From positions 1 through 58,778 of the forward strand of contig JABXKD010000013.1 of NCBI GenBank assembly GCA_013375475.1: a stretch of DNA of 58,778 bases, given 5' to 3'. The notes beneath the pieces are model-generated. The model was not told the DNA's origin and made no database searches. It was given only the letters and a program-made list of their open reading frames with translations. The position numbers and the translations under genes are program-made. Position 1 is the first letter of the stretch. Each line of letters opens with the position of its first letter. Of this stretch, positions 9,561 to 19,864 are shown in pieces. Source of the stretch: Promethearchaeota archaeon. GTDB lineage: Archaea; Asgardarchaeota; Lokiarchaeia; Sigyniarchaeales; SOKP01.

Positions 9561-10348
9561 TTCGTGTTAAATATACACTTCAGCAAATCATCTGATGTGT
9601 ATTCTATCATCGTATATAATTCTCCTAAAATTTGAGTGCTAGAACACGGTTTGAATTCTCCTGTTGATTTTTGAGTCCACAACTCCGTTCCTGGAGTAAT
9701 CCCTAATGTTAATGGCGATACATACCAATTAATTGGTGTTGGTGGAGCCATTCTATTAATTAATTTGGCAGATTCAATCGCATGTTTTCTACTTTTTTCA
9801 GGATCATTTCCGGCTAGTCCTAAAAGAAAAATACCAGACCAAGCTATTCCAGCTTTATGACATTTTTGAGCCGCTAGAGCAATCTCATCTTGTGTTGTTC
9901 CTTTATTACAGGCCATTAAAACTTCATCATCTCCACTTTCAATGCCCACATAAACCATCGTAAATCCGCTATCTGCTATTTTTTTTAAATCCTCATCAGA
10001 TTTTTTTATAATATCCTTAGCATGGGCATAGGCACTAACCTTTTTGAGATTTGGGTGAATTTTATAGCTATATTCGGTTAATTCAATAAGGATCTCAGGT
10101 TTAACAACAAACGCATTTCCATCTTCGAAAAATATTTTCCGTACGCGATTTCCATAAAGAGCCCCCGCCCTTTTAATATCCGTTTTGATCTCTTCGATAT
10201 CTTTACGAATAGAGAACGCTTTTGATCTATACATAGAGCAAAATGTGCATTTACGTGTACAACCCTCTGTAATTGCAATCAATAAAGCATCCCACTCAGA
10301 AGGAGGTCTAAATACGGGATCTACCAGATTACCTACTACTAAATTCAT
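9434..10348 (-). CDS. Radical SAM protein
   Basis: FRPPSE, CxxxCxxC (CTRKCTFC), YVGIESG, NHASNY. Confidence 0.9.
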   Translation of the reverse strand: MNLVVGNLVDPVFRPPSEWDALLIAITEGCTRKCTFCSMYRSKAFSIRKDIEEIKTDIKRAGALYGNRVRKIFFEDGNAFVVKPEILIELTEYSYKIHPNLKKVSAYAHAKDIIKKSDEDLKKIADSGFTMVYVGIESGDDEVLMACNKGTTQDEIALAAQKCHKAGIAWSGIFLLGLAGNDPEKSRKHAIESAKLINRMAPPTPINWYVSPLTLGITPGTELWTQKSTGEFKPCSSTQILGELYTMIEYTSDDLLKCIFNTNHASNYLSLKGELSRDKKQFLKKIETAIKNPNMLRPDFLRRL

Positions 10349-10523
10349 AATTAATTCTACTTATACGATAATTTTTAACTTTAACTACAATTAAGCATAT
10401 TTATTTTAATTGGTAGTTTATTTCGAAAATGTTGAATTACTGAAAAAATTATCGACCAACCTTAATAATTGATTCTAGAAGAATGTTCATAACATTTTAG
10501 TTCAATATTTCACATTTTAATTT

Positions 10524-11600
10524 GTGAATGCTAAGGAGAGGTATTTAGCGGTCTTTGATGATGATAACCGGAAAAAATTGGATCATGTTCCTACCTTCGT
10601 CCAGTATCTCCGACCTGAATTTATTCGGTTGCATGAAGAAAAATTTTTGGTTAAAAGCCTTCCTTTTCATACTAATATTCCTGGGTTTATGGAAGCTAAT
10701 TACGTAGGCTTTGAATCAATATTTGGGGACGTACATCCTGGTCTAAGGGTAAACCGAGTAAAAGTGGAGGATGAAAATGGTAAGAAAGTTGCTGTGTCTT
10801 GGAATGGCCAGCCTACTTCAAAAAGATTTGGTTATTACAAAAAAGGTCTTTTTTTCTCATTAGATAATTTCAATAAAGTACGAGAAACATTGAGAGTTGT
10901 GGACGACTCATTAGAAATAAAAAAATCCCTTGACCACTTCGATGTAATATCCCCTTATCTTTTTCCAGTTATAGGTGCTGGGGGTATTTTTGACACATTG
11001 TGGCAATCGATGGGATTTAAGCATTTTTCCATACACCATCATAAAAATTCCAAGCTATATCAAGAATTAGTAAAATATTTTGCAGAATTAACTCGTATAA
11101 AGGTTCAAGCAATTATTGGTGCAACAGGAAATCGTGCTGGAATCATAAATATCTTAGACGACATAGCCTTTAAGGGTAGACCAATGATCTCACCAGAAAG
11201 ATGGGAACAAGATTTTGGAAGATATTATAAGGAGATTTGTTCACTAATCACCGATGCGGGTATGAAGGTACAAATACATTCAGATGGAGATGTTACCGAT
11301 ATGATTCCGATTCTGAAAAAGCTTGGTTTTAGTGGTCTCCAAGGATGGGAAGGAGGTGCTGATCCAATTACCATAAACGAGAAGTATCCTGATTTTGTAG
11401 TTGTTGGATTTGGTGATATATCTAATGTGTTGCCATTTGGCTCCAAACAAGAGATTTTTAATCATGTAAAGGAGTTAATGGATGCATTGAAAGAAAATCA
11501 ACATTTTATAATTGGTCCAAGCACTGTGATTTATGAAGGTATACCTTATAAGAATGTCATACATTTTACGGAAGCATCTAGACATTATGGAAAATATTAA
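10524..11600 (+). CDS. Uroporphyrinogen decarboxylase / MtaA-like TIM-barrel family protein
   Basis: MNAKERYLAVF...DHVP start, DDIAFKGRPMISPE, IHSDGD, VVVGFGD. Confidence 0.8.
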   Translation: MNAKERYLAVFDDDNRKKLDHVPTFVQYLRPEFIRLHEEKFLVKSLPFHTNIPGFMEANYVGFESIFGDVHPGLRVNRVKVEDENGKKVAVSWNGQPTSKRFGYYKKGLFFSLDNFNKVRETLRVVDDSLEIKKSLDHFDVISPYLFPVIGAGGIFDTLWQSMGFKHFSIHHHKNSKLYQELVKYFAELTRIKVQAIIGATGNRAGIINILDDIAFKGRPMISPERWEQDFGRYYKEICSLITDAGMKVQIHSDGDVTDMIPILKKLGFSGLQGWEGGADPITINEKYPDFVVVGFGDISNVLPFGSKQEIFNHVKELMDALKENQHFIIGPSTVIYEGIPYKNVIHFTEASRHYGKY

Positions 11601-11626
11601 TTACATTACACTATACCCAATTTGTT

Positions 11627-12358
11627 GTGATATTGGAAAGGAAAAGTAATATTCAAAAAGAACTAAGAGTTTTCATAATCATGGAGAATCTTGATATTTA
11701 TCTGCAACCTAATGAGTTTTTTAATTTCGACAAAAAAGTAGTAAGAGATAAAGCCTTTGAGATTACAGATGGTTTAGAAAGTGAAAGTGAGAAGGCTAAA
11801 GCGCTCTTTTATTGGGTTAGGGATGAGATTAAATACAATATGCATACTTATATCCCATCAGTTAAAGCTAATTTTAAAGCTAACGTGACTCTAAGACGAA
11901 GAAATGGTTTTTGTGTCTCAAAATCAATTCTATTATCCACCTTTGCACGCGTCGTTGGAATTCCTGCAAGGATTCACTTGGTAGATCTAATAAATCACAA
12001 AATATCACAAAAAATAGTAGATTTTATGGAAACAAACGTCATGCATTATCATGGTTATAGTGAACTTTACCTTAATAATAAATGGGTGAAATTAACTCCC
12101 TCGTTTGACCAAAAAACTGCTATAAAAGGAGGTTTTTTTCCAATGGTTGAATTTGACGGTGAGAATGACGCGACTTTTGCTTCTTTTGATAACGAAGGTA
12201 ATAAATTTGGCGAATATGTCAAAGATCGAGGGGTTCATGCGGATTTACCTCTTAAAGAAATTGAAATTGTTTTTAAAGAAAAATATCCGAAATTTTCGTT
12301 AATGAGAAATGGAAAGATGATAATGCCGGTAAAAGATAAAACGCTTACCTATAAATGA
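11627..12358 (+). CDS. Transglutaminase-like domain protein; start possibly ATG 11681
   Basis: LFYWVRDEIKY, GFCVSKS (catalytic Cys), GIPAR, HGYSE, WVKLTP. Confidence 0.85.
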   Translation: MILERKSNIQKELRVFIIMENLDIYLQPNEFFNFDKKVVRDKAFEITDGLESESEKAKALFYWVRDEIKYNMHTYIPSVKANFKANVTLRRRNGFCVSKSILLSTFARVVGIPARIHLVDLINHKISQKIVDFMETNVMHYHGYSELYLNNKWVKLTPSFDQKTAIKGGFFPMVEFDGENDATFASFDNEGNKFGEYVKDRGVHADLPLKEIEIVFKEKYPKFSLMRNGKMIMPVKDKTLTYK

Positions 12359-12362
12359 ATTC

Positions 12363-13286
12363 TTATTTAAAATAACTCCTTTTTAATCCTAATTCTCGTA
12401 AATATATCTTATATTTACCTAATTTACCTCCATAATTCCCTGCAGAAATTTTGAGCAATCCGCTCATATCAGAAATCCCTTCAATAGTTTTTTGCATGGC
12501 TACTTTAACATCACTAATATTTAGACCGTTAAATACTAGTTCAGGAATCGAGCTTACTCCCTCTGGAACCTTGAATTCATCTGGAGATGTTCTACCTTTT
12601 AGCGTTGGACAATATGGATGATTAGTAGATGGCCCTATCTCCGGATATTTAGCATCCGGGAAAACCGGTTTCGAACCTGCAGAGCAAACATCAAAAGTAG
12701 TACATACATTATCGATTTCAGCTAAAATTTTTACTCCCTCCCTTCCAACCTTAATCCCAGACTCAACTGAGTCACAAAATAGCCACAAATTTCCTCCCAT
12801 AACACCTTGAGCGTAAGTTATCTCTTCTTCAATTAAAAAATCATATCCCATCATTATAGGGACATTGATTAGTTTTCGATTAAATTTTTCAACAATCCAC
12901 TCGTATCCATCACCGCAATGACCTATATTCTCCATCATATTAAATTTTGTTTTAGATGTTTCGGGATAATAATCAAAAACTGCAGTTGTTGGAACGACAA
13001 GAATGCCTTGCCTCACTCTACGACCAAGTTGTTCGTAAAACTTAGTTGTGGCCTTCTTACCTGTTCCTGTCACCCATAATTGAACGATTGCTCCCAATCG
13101 CTTATCAATAGTTTCTTTATCGGAAAGCCATCTTACAATTCCACCTTCTGCATCTCCAAAAACAGTTGAAGGTAACGCAGTAAATGCATTTACAGCTCTA
13201 GTTAAGAACTCTGCATCTTGCGCAGTGACCATTAATTGAACTACTAACCCTTCAAACGCTTCGCAATAAGTATCTACAATTTCCAT
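12363..13286 (-). CDS. ftr: Formylmethanofuran--tetrahydromethanopterin N-formyltransferase
   Basis: IVDTYCEAF, PTTAVFD, GDGYE, VPIMMG, GVMGGN, SAGSK, STNHPYCPTL, ISAGNYGGKLG. Confidence 0.92.
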   Translation of the reverse strand: MEIVDTYCEAFEGLVVQLMVTAQDAEFLTRAVNAFTALPSTVFGDAEGGIVRWLSDKETIDKRLGAIVQLWVTGTGKKATTKFYEQLGRRVRQGILVVPTTAVFDYYPETSKTKFNMMENIGHCGDGYEWIVEKFNRKLINVPIMMGYDFLIEEEITYAQGVMGGNLWLFCDSVESGIKVGREGVKILAEIDNVCTTFDVCSAGSKPVFPDAKYPEIGPSTNHPYCPTLKGRTSPDEFKVPEGVSSIPELVFNGLNISDVKVAMQKTIEGISDMSGLLKISAGNYGGKLGKYKIYLRELGLKRSYFK

Positions 13287-13471
13287 TTTTCACACTTCTT
13301 TTCTAGATTCTAATAAATCTCCTATCTTAATAGATGAATTATTTAGAACAAAATTTTATGGTATATCGGTGTTGAACCAATAATAGATATTTATTTATTC
13401 CAATAATAAATATTTATTTTAATCTAAGTTGTCTATTTCATTTTAGTCATTGAAAAACCTGATGTGAAAAT

Positions 13472-15190
13472 ATGTCATTTATGATGAAACTGGCCTATAT
13501 ATTTGTCCCTTTTATCAGATTGAGTAATTTAGTCAAAAGAACCGTTTCTCCTCCCATCAAGCGTTTTTTTGCACCAAAAATATCAGACCATGCTTACGAG
13601 CTTGGTGTTTGGAATAATAATGCTACTATCCAAACAAAATATGGGCTGTTAACTGGTTATTCGGATAAAAATACATGGTGTTGGAAGGGAATTCCCTATG
13701 CGACACCTCCTGTAGGGGACCTACGGTGGAAAGCACCACGCGGTCCTGTTCCTTGGCTCGGAACGCGCAAAACAAAAAAATTTAGGAATGCTGCAGCACA
13801 ATTTATGCCCTTCCTAGGCCCAATTGGCTCAGAAGACTGTCTCTACCTCAACATCTGGCGCCCTAAAAGTTCAGAAACTGAGTTACCTGTTTACTTGTAT
13901 ATCCACGGGGGTGGTAACTCAATAGGAACAGCTGCTACGACCCAATACTATGGTAATGCGGTGGCGGGGAAGTCAAACTTGTTATATATCTCTGTTAACT
14001 ACCGCTTAGGGGCAATGGGATGGTTTATTCACCCTGCCGTGACAGGAAGTGGCTCTTCAGAAGACCAAAGCGGGAATTTTGGCACTCTTGATCTGATAAA
14101 GGCCTTGGAGTGGGTCCATGAGAACATCAGAGCATTTGGTGGTGATCCAAACAATGTAACAATCGCAGGTGAATCTGGTGGAGCTTTTAACGTACTTTCA
14201 CTCCTTGTTTCTCCCGCAGCGAAAGGACTCTACCACCATGCTATTTCAGAAAGCGCTCTTTCGCTTATCTGGAGTAATAGTGATGCCATAATCCAGAGTA
14301 CCAAACTTCTTGTATCTCTCCTCGTTAAGGAACGAAAAGTTGGTAGTGAACAAGAAGCGGAACGACTCATCAGCAAGATGACGGACGATGAAATTAATGA
14401 GTACTTCCGTTCGAAATCAGCGTTTACAATCACGAAAAACATCCCTACTAAAGACTTTGGAATGGCAGAATGGCACACTATCTTCACAGATGGTGTTGTA
14501 ATCCCAGAAGATGGTTACGGCGTATTTTCATCTGGAGAGTGGACAAACAAGGTACCTTTAATTATAGGTTGTACCAAGGACGAAATGAAGCTCTTTGGTT
14601 ATTTTAGAAAGAATCCCCCGTTAAATTCACGGGAATATGATTTGATTTGGGGTTACTATTCACTATTATGGCGTGCAAACGGCGTTGATGTCATAGCAAA
14701 AAGAATAACTTCTAATAGTGATGTTCCTGTCTATGCATACCGATTTGACTGGGGAAGCCCTGATAGTAATGGATTAAGCGTTCTGCCAGGAAATAAGGGG
14801 CAAAAACTGGCTGCTCACCACAGTGCAGAGATACCATTCTTTTTAGGTATGGGAATAGGTGAAATAGCCATGATAATAGGAAAAACCCATACAAAGCATA
14901 ACTATCTTGGTCGCGAAAGACTAACTGACTTGTGTATGAGCTATCTAGCCAATTTTGCAAAAACAGGAAATCCCAACGGAGAAAAATTACCATATTGGCC
15001 TATTTGGGATAACACTGGGGGAAAAGAAAAGATTCTTGTCCTTGACGCGGGAATCAGCGATTTAAAGCTGTCATACCTGAGGGAGATGATCAGTGTCCGA
15101 AGCGTTTTAGATCTTATCAATTCTGAAATCGAAGAACCTGAACGGGAAAAAGTACTGGCGATGCTCGATGATTTCATACCTTTAGACTAA
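13472..15190 (+). CDS. Type B carboxylesterase
   Basis: KGIPYATPPVGDLRWKAP, SEDCLYLNIW, HGGG, GESGG nucleophile, catalytic Glu (KDE) and His (HSAEI). Confidence 0.92.
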   Translation: MSFMMKLAYIFVPFIRLSNLVKRTVSPPIKRFFAPKISDHAYELGVWNNNATIQTKYGLLTGYSDKNTWCWKGIPYATPPVGDLRWKAPRGPVPWLGTRKTKKFRNAAAQFMPFLGPIGSEDCLYLNIWRPKSSETELPVYLYIHGGGNSIGTAATTQYYGNAVAGKSNLLYISVNYRLGAMGWFIHPAVTGSGSSEDQSGNFGTLDLIKALEWVHENIRAFGGDPNNVTIAGESGGAFNVLSLLVSPAAKGLYHHAISESALSLIWSNSDAIIQSTKLLVSLLVKERKVGSEQEAERLISKMTDDEINEYFRSKSAFTITKNIPTKDFGMAEWHTIFTDGVVIPEDGYGVFSSGEWTNKVPLIIGCTKDEMKLFGYFRKNPPLNSREYDLIWGYYSLLWRANGVDVIAKRITSNSDVPVYAYRFDWGSPDSNGLSVLPGNKGQKLAAHHSAEIPFFLGMGIGEIAMIIGKTHTKHNYLGRERLTDLCMSYLANFAKTGNPNGEKLPYWPIWDNTGGKEKILVLDAGISDLKLSYLREMISVRSVLDLINSEIEEPEREKVLAMLDDFIPLD

Positions 15191-15324
15191 GTTTTTTAAC
15201 TAAATAGTTTGCTACAATGTAGAAAAACATAAAAAATAGAACAAATAAAATATAAAATTATTCACTTATTAACTAGTAATTAATAACAATTTTAATCTGA
15301 AAAATTATATAGAGAATCAATATT

Positions 15325-16248
15325 ATGCCAGTTGGAATATACCTCTACGAAATTGACGAATCATTTGGACCAAATGTATTAGCAGAATATTATTTGGATC
15401 AAAAGAATAACGTAAATAAGGAGATCCTAAAGGATTTTGAAGAAAAACATATCCAAAAAGAATTTTCTGATACAATCTTTTGGAATGAAGATTTACGGTA
15501 TTATTCGGCAAAAATGGATGCAAAATCTGTTGAGCGAGATAATTTATTTCTAGGTTTTGTTCTAAAACAGGACGAGGATTTAGTCTCTTTGAAAAGTATC
15601 CTGGAAAACATCGCAACCAAAGTTGTAAAAGATTTCTCACAAGATAAAAATGCTCTAGAAGCATTATTGAGGAAAGAATTCGATTCCATTTTCACTTTAA
15701 TGGAAAAACTAAAGGAACCAAGTATGGTTAAAGAAACTATCAATGATAAAACTAAAAAAATGCTTGATGATGGTAAATTAACCGAAGCTAGAGAATTAAT
15801 TGACTTAGGTGAGCAAATTCCTGAAAAGTTGTCAGAGGAAATTAAACTTGCTGAACAACAACTAATCGAAGGCTTTTATAAAAAAGCAAAAAAAAGCTTT
15901 CTAAAAGCCGCCGAATTAGCAGAAACCATTCAAGAAGGGGATATCGTTTCGTTTTTAACAAGTAAAGCCGAACAAGTGGGAAAGTTTCCAGAATTAATCA
16001 AAGAGCGGGAAACTAATATAAAAGAAATAGAAAATAGGATTGAAACGCTACAGAATAACAAACTTCACCTTTATCACGAATTAATAAAACCATTAGATAC
16101 ATTAATAAATATTGCGAACTCATTTGAGGAGCATGAAACAACAACTGCATTAACCGAATTCCTTAAAGATAGTAAACGAGCAGATGAATTAGCTAAAGAA
16201 TTGTTCAATTTAGATAAAAAATTTAAGGAAATTCTACACGAACTATAA
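15325..16248 (+). CDS. Hypothetical protein with putative longin/uDENN-like N-terminal domain and helical C-terminus
   Basis: GIYLYEIDESFGPNVLAEY start; residue pattern fits beta-beta-alpha-beta-beta-beta-alpha-alpha; rest is charged and helical. Confidence 0.55.
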   Translation: MPVGIYLYEIDESFGPNVLAEYYLDQKNNVNKEILKDFEEKHIQKEFSDTIFWNEDLRYYSAKMDAKSVERDNLFLGFVLKQDEDLVSLKSILENIATKVVKDFSQDKNALEALLRKEFDSIFTLMEKLKEPSMVKETINDKTKKMLDDGKLTEARELIDLGEQIPEKLSEEIKLAEQQLIEGFYKKAKKSFLKAAELAETIQEGDIVSFLTSKAEQVGKFPELIKERETNIKEIENRIETLQNNKLHLYHELIKPLDTLINIANSFEEHETTTALTEFLKDSKRADELAKELFNLDKKFKEILHEL

Positions 16249-16285
16249 ACGATTTTATTATTAAAATCGAAAAAAGTTAATTTTT

Positions 16286-18106
16286 TTATTGTTCTGAATC
16301 TTCTGAGGGCTCTTCAACTTGTGGTGGAGTATATTCTCCAATGTCTGGAAAAATTATTCTGGCTATCTCCCAACCCTCTTTTGATGGATAAGTTAACGCA
16401 CTAGCTATCAAACTTTCTCCTGATTCGTTTGTTAATTCAACCTTGTGAATTTGTTGATTGTTTTCCAATATAGATTCAAATTTAGCACCACTGCTCCCTG
16501 CTGGAACTATTAAGATTGCTGAATCAATTGCTTTCTCATCAATAGCATCTTTTAATCTTTTTGCAGCGTAATATCCTGCAACACCCGCACTTCTATCAAA
16601 AGTTTTAATCGAAGGAATTTCTAAACCCCATTTCTTACCTCCGAACTCAATGAGTGCTGCTAATGTTTGGCTTCTCTTTCCCATCATGAATTTATACTCC
16701 ATTTGAGTGTCGAAGTCCTTATTTTTTTCCTCTCCAGCTTTAATAATACTTTTTAATGTTGCTCCCGCTACTGAAGACGGATTTACTTCTATAACATATT
16801 CTTCTTCCGCCAATATTTCTTCAATAGTCTTTTTAATTACTTCTCTAGGTTTCGAAAAGTCAACAACTTCCTCCTCTTGCTCTCGCCTTGGAGGTTTTGC
16901 AGTTGCTACGATGGTTGCACTTGCCTCTAACAATTCTTCAACACTCATTTCCTCGGTAACAACTTTATCGATGAACCTTCTACAAAGTTTAATGGAATTT
17001 CTAGGATTTCCCTGTGTTTTTTCGTAAATTATCTCAATCAATTTTTCGTTTAAGGGAAATAACGGATATAACGGGGGATTTAAATTATTATCCTCCCAAA
17101 AGGTTTCCATTGATTTGCTGAAAAAGATTTTTAGGTCGTTTAAACTAAAAGGTTTTAATTCTTCTTCCGGTTCCATCCTTGACCTTAATGGTGGATCGGC
17201 GATTTCTAAAATCCGTGGCCAGATTTCCTTCAGAACAGCTATTATAATGACTAAGCCTTTGACTTCGTTATATAATCTTTTCAATATTTCGAGGAACTTT
17301 CTTTCTGCAGCCTCACCGAGCATTCTATATGGAGACTCTAATTCATCAAAATAAAGTATTAGTACGCGATCTAAGTTTTCAGTTATAATTTTAATCATAG
17401 CTAGGCAAACATCATCTTCCTCAACTACGGAGTTTATTCCAAGCTCACTAAGTTCTTCTGGTTGAAGATCTTCACCTAATAACCATCTTTCAGCTAAGGC
17501 TTTTTTGCTTTTATCTAATTGGTAAGTAACCAACGCTTTTACGCAGTCAGCGAAAACCCCTGGAAATTCCCTTATGCCTTTCTGAATAATTTCTTCAATT
17601 TTAGGTTTTTGAAATAATCCACCCTTTTTTCCTCCCCATTTTTCTCTTACTAATTTTTCTGAAACGATATCGAGGATTTCTGGACCCACATCTTCTATTA
17701 TACATGTATAGACGTGTAACAATACTCGAATAGAAGCAGGGGGGCTAGGGATATAAATAATTGTCCAATCTGTAGGTTCTAACTGACTAGTATCTATCTC
17801 TTCTGATTCGGCTGTTTCTTTCAATTCTTTTCTATTTTCTCTCTCCTTATCTTTAAAAGAATGATAAGCATGAGTTTTTCCAGTTCCAGCTGACCCTAGT
17901 ATGGGTATTAAACGGGATGATCTATCTCTATAAGTTTGACGTACTAATCTATAAACTTCTCTGTCAATAAAACTTCTCGGCCGCGAAATGTCAATTTTAT
18001 CTGGTATATCACCTCTACTTACGAAATTAGAAAAAGGTAAAATCGGCGCTTCACGTAATACATCAAGATACATTTCCTTATCATCATCTGAGAGTTCTGA
18101 ATACAT
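16286..18106 (-). CDS. AAA-type P-loop ATPase with C-terminal alpha/beta domain
   Basis: Walker A GSAGTGKT, Walker B LYFDELE, LRSR, GNPR. Confidence 0.8.
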   Translation of the reverse strand: MYSELSDDDKEMYLDVLREAPILPFSNFVSRGDIPDKIDISRPRSFIDREVYRLVRQTYRDRSSRLIPILGSAGTGKTHAYHSFKDKERENRKELKETAESEEIDTSQLEPTDWTIIYIPSPPASIRVLLHVYTCIIEDVGPEILDIVSEKLVREKWGGKKGGLFQKPKIEEIIQKGIREFPGVFADCVKALVTYQLDKSKKALAERWLLGEDLQPEELSELGINSVVEEDDVCLAMIKIITENLDRVLILYFDELESPYRMLGEAAERKFLEILKRLYNEVKGLVIIIAVLKEIWPRILEIADPPLRSRMEPEEELKPFSLNDLKIFFSKSMETFWEDNNLNPPLYPLFPLNEKLIEIIYEKTQGNPRNSIKLCRRFIDKVVTEEMSVEELLEASATIVATAKPPRREQEEEVVDFSKPREVIKKTIEEILAEEEYVIEVNPSSVAGATLKSIIKAGEEKNKDFDTQMEYKFMMGKRSQTLAALIEFGGKKWGLEIPSIKTFDRSAGVAGYYAAKRLKDAIDEKAIDSAILIVPAGSSGAKFESILENNQQIHKVELTNESGESLIASALTYPSKEGWEIARIIFPDIGEYTPPQVEEPSEDSEQ

Positions 18107-18308
18107 ATAAATCCGCTCTACTTTATTGCTTTTAATTAGTTTTGATTTTATATAACAAACTTTTTTGTTGGAATAAGTTTATTAAACTAAACAATTTTTT
18201 CTAGAATAAAAGCTATTATATATCTAGCTTTAGTATACATATTTAAATTTATATTTAAAAATTTAATTGTAATTAATATCTACATATATTTTACATGGAA
18301 GTGATAAA

Positions 18309-18953
18309 ATGTCGGGAAAAGACGATTATGACGATTATGATGATGAAGATGAGGAAGATATAAATAAAGATTTTTTTAAGATGTTTAAGGGTATAGGAGA
18401 TCCAAGTAAACTATTTGGAAATTTCGATCCCGCTAAACTATTCAATTCAAAAGAATTTCAAAAAATGTTTAAAGAAATTTTTAAACAGCTATCGAAAAAT
18501 TTACCTGAAGAATTTCAAGGGCTCTCACACGAAGAAATTACTAAAGAATTTATGAAAAAAGGACCTATCATGTATGGATTCAATTTAGGGTTCGGTCCTG
18601 ACGGAAAACCTATTATGGACTCATTTGGTAATCTCGAAAAGGAACCTATCTCCGGAGAACGAAAAGTTAGAAAAACAAGAGAACCTCTTGTAGAAGTGAA
18701 TGAAGAACCAGATCAAATTATCCTTATCGCTGAGATGCCAGGAGTCAACAAAGAAGATATTCAATTAAACGCTACAAATAGATCTATAACGATTTCTACT
18801 GAAAAAATAGTTTCTGGGAGAAGTTATTTTAAAGAAATAGATTTACCGGCTGCAATTAACCAAGATTATGCAAAAGCTCGGTATACAAATGGGATTTTGG
18901 AAGTTCGGCTGAAAAAAATTAAAGAAAAAGGAAAATCCATTGATATTGAGTAA
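18309..18953 (+). CDS. hsp20: Archaeal small heat shock protein
   Basis: GPIMYGF...GPDGKP...FGN, REPLVEV, AEMPGVNKEDI, ARYTNGILEV. Confidence 0.92.
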   Translation: MSGKDDYDDYDDEDEEDINKDFFKMFKGIGDPSKLFGNFDPAKLFNSKEFQKMFKEIFKQLSKNLPEEFQGLSHEEITKEFMKKGPIMYGFNLGFGPDGKPIMDSFGNLEKEPISGERKVRKTREPLVEVNEEPDQIILIAEMPGVNKEDIQLNATNRSITISTEKIVSGRSYFKEIDLPAAINQDYAKARYTNGILEVRLKKIKEKGKSIDIE

Positions 18954-19008
18954 AGAACCAAATCCTTATTTCTCGATTATTACTAATATCAAGTCTTTTT
19001 TATGGAAG

Positions 19009-19809
19009 TTATGCTTTACCAAATTTAATTTTTCCCACTGGACACGATTGTATGCACATGAAACACTCATAATAAGATCCTTGGGATAAAGCTTGCCAAA
19101 AGTTCCACATTTCCATTCCCTGTAACTTCTTAAATATTTTTTTCGTTGATTCTCCCTTCTCTAATTCAGAAATAAATTGGAGAATTCGTGGTAATCCATA
19201 TTTCATTGAATAAGGGCTACATAATCTTGGATTGCATCCCGTTTCAGAAAGTGCTTCAGCAGGACAGGCTTCTATACACATTCTGCAATCTGTACAATAG
19301 TCCTTATCATTTTTAGGTGTAGGTTTCAAATCTGCATCGGTAATTACGCCAAAAAGACGCACTCTAGGACCATAATTGGGAGTTATGAGCAAATCATTTC
19401 TTCCTCTGCTTCCCAAACCCGCTTCAGCAGCAACAAGTTTTAAATTTAGATCTCCCTTTAATCCAAAGGTTTGATAACTCATTTCGACAGGTAAGTAAGC
19501 AGGTATAATTACTCCGCGATATCCATTCTTTTCAAGAACTCTAGATATTTTTAAACAAATTTCAGCTCCTTCTGAATAAAGTGTCTCTAAACTATAGCGA
19601 GCTGGCCGAGCGTTTTCAGGACAAGCATCCAATATCGATTGGGGGAAAATATTACCGAAGACGATAACACACTTCGCGTTTGGACAAATTCTCTCAACAT
19701 TTTTTTTATATCTTTCATCTGTAAGAAGTGGTTTGATCGGAGCTACTCCAACGAGCTCAATACCTTCTGATTTAACAAAAGAAATAATGTCTGGTGTGTT
19801 TAGTTGCAT
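19009..19809 (-). CDS. Epoxyqueuosine reductase (QueG)/reductive dehalogenase-like Fe-S protein
   Basis: AAEAGLGSRGRNDLLITPNYGPRVRL...ITDADL, CTDCRMCIEACP, CFMCIQSCP. Confidence 0.8.
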   Translation of the reverse strand: MQLNTPDIISFVKSEGIELVGVAPIKPLLTDERYKKNVERICPNAKCVIVFGNIFPQSILDACPENARPARYSLETLYSEGAEICLKISRVLEKNGYRGVIIPAYLPVEMSYQTFGLKGDLNLKLVAAEAGLGSRGRNDLLITPNYGPRVRLFGVITDADLKPTPKNDKDYCTDCRMCIEACPAEALSETGCNPRLCSPYSMKYGLPRILQFISELEKGESTKKIFKKLQGMEMWNFWQALSQGSYYECFMCIQSCPVGKIKFGKA

Positions 19810-19864
19810 AATATTTCATGAAAGGAAGAAAAAAATTTAAATTTCCCCATTACAACAATAATAA

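Noticed and set aside
16286-18106. Calling the ATPase Orc1/Cdc6 with an adjacent origin, or a BREX gene
   Set aside because: No ORB-like repeats noticed in the upstream gap and no brx partner genes.
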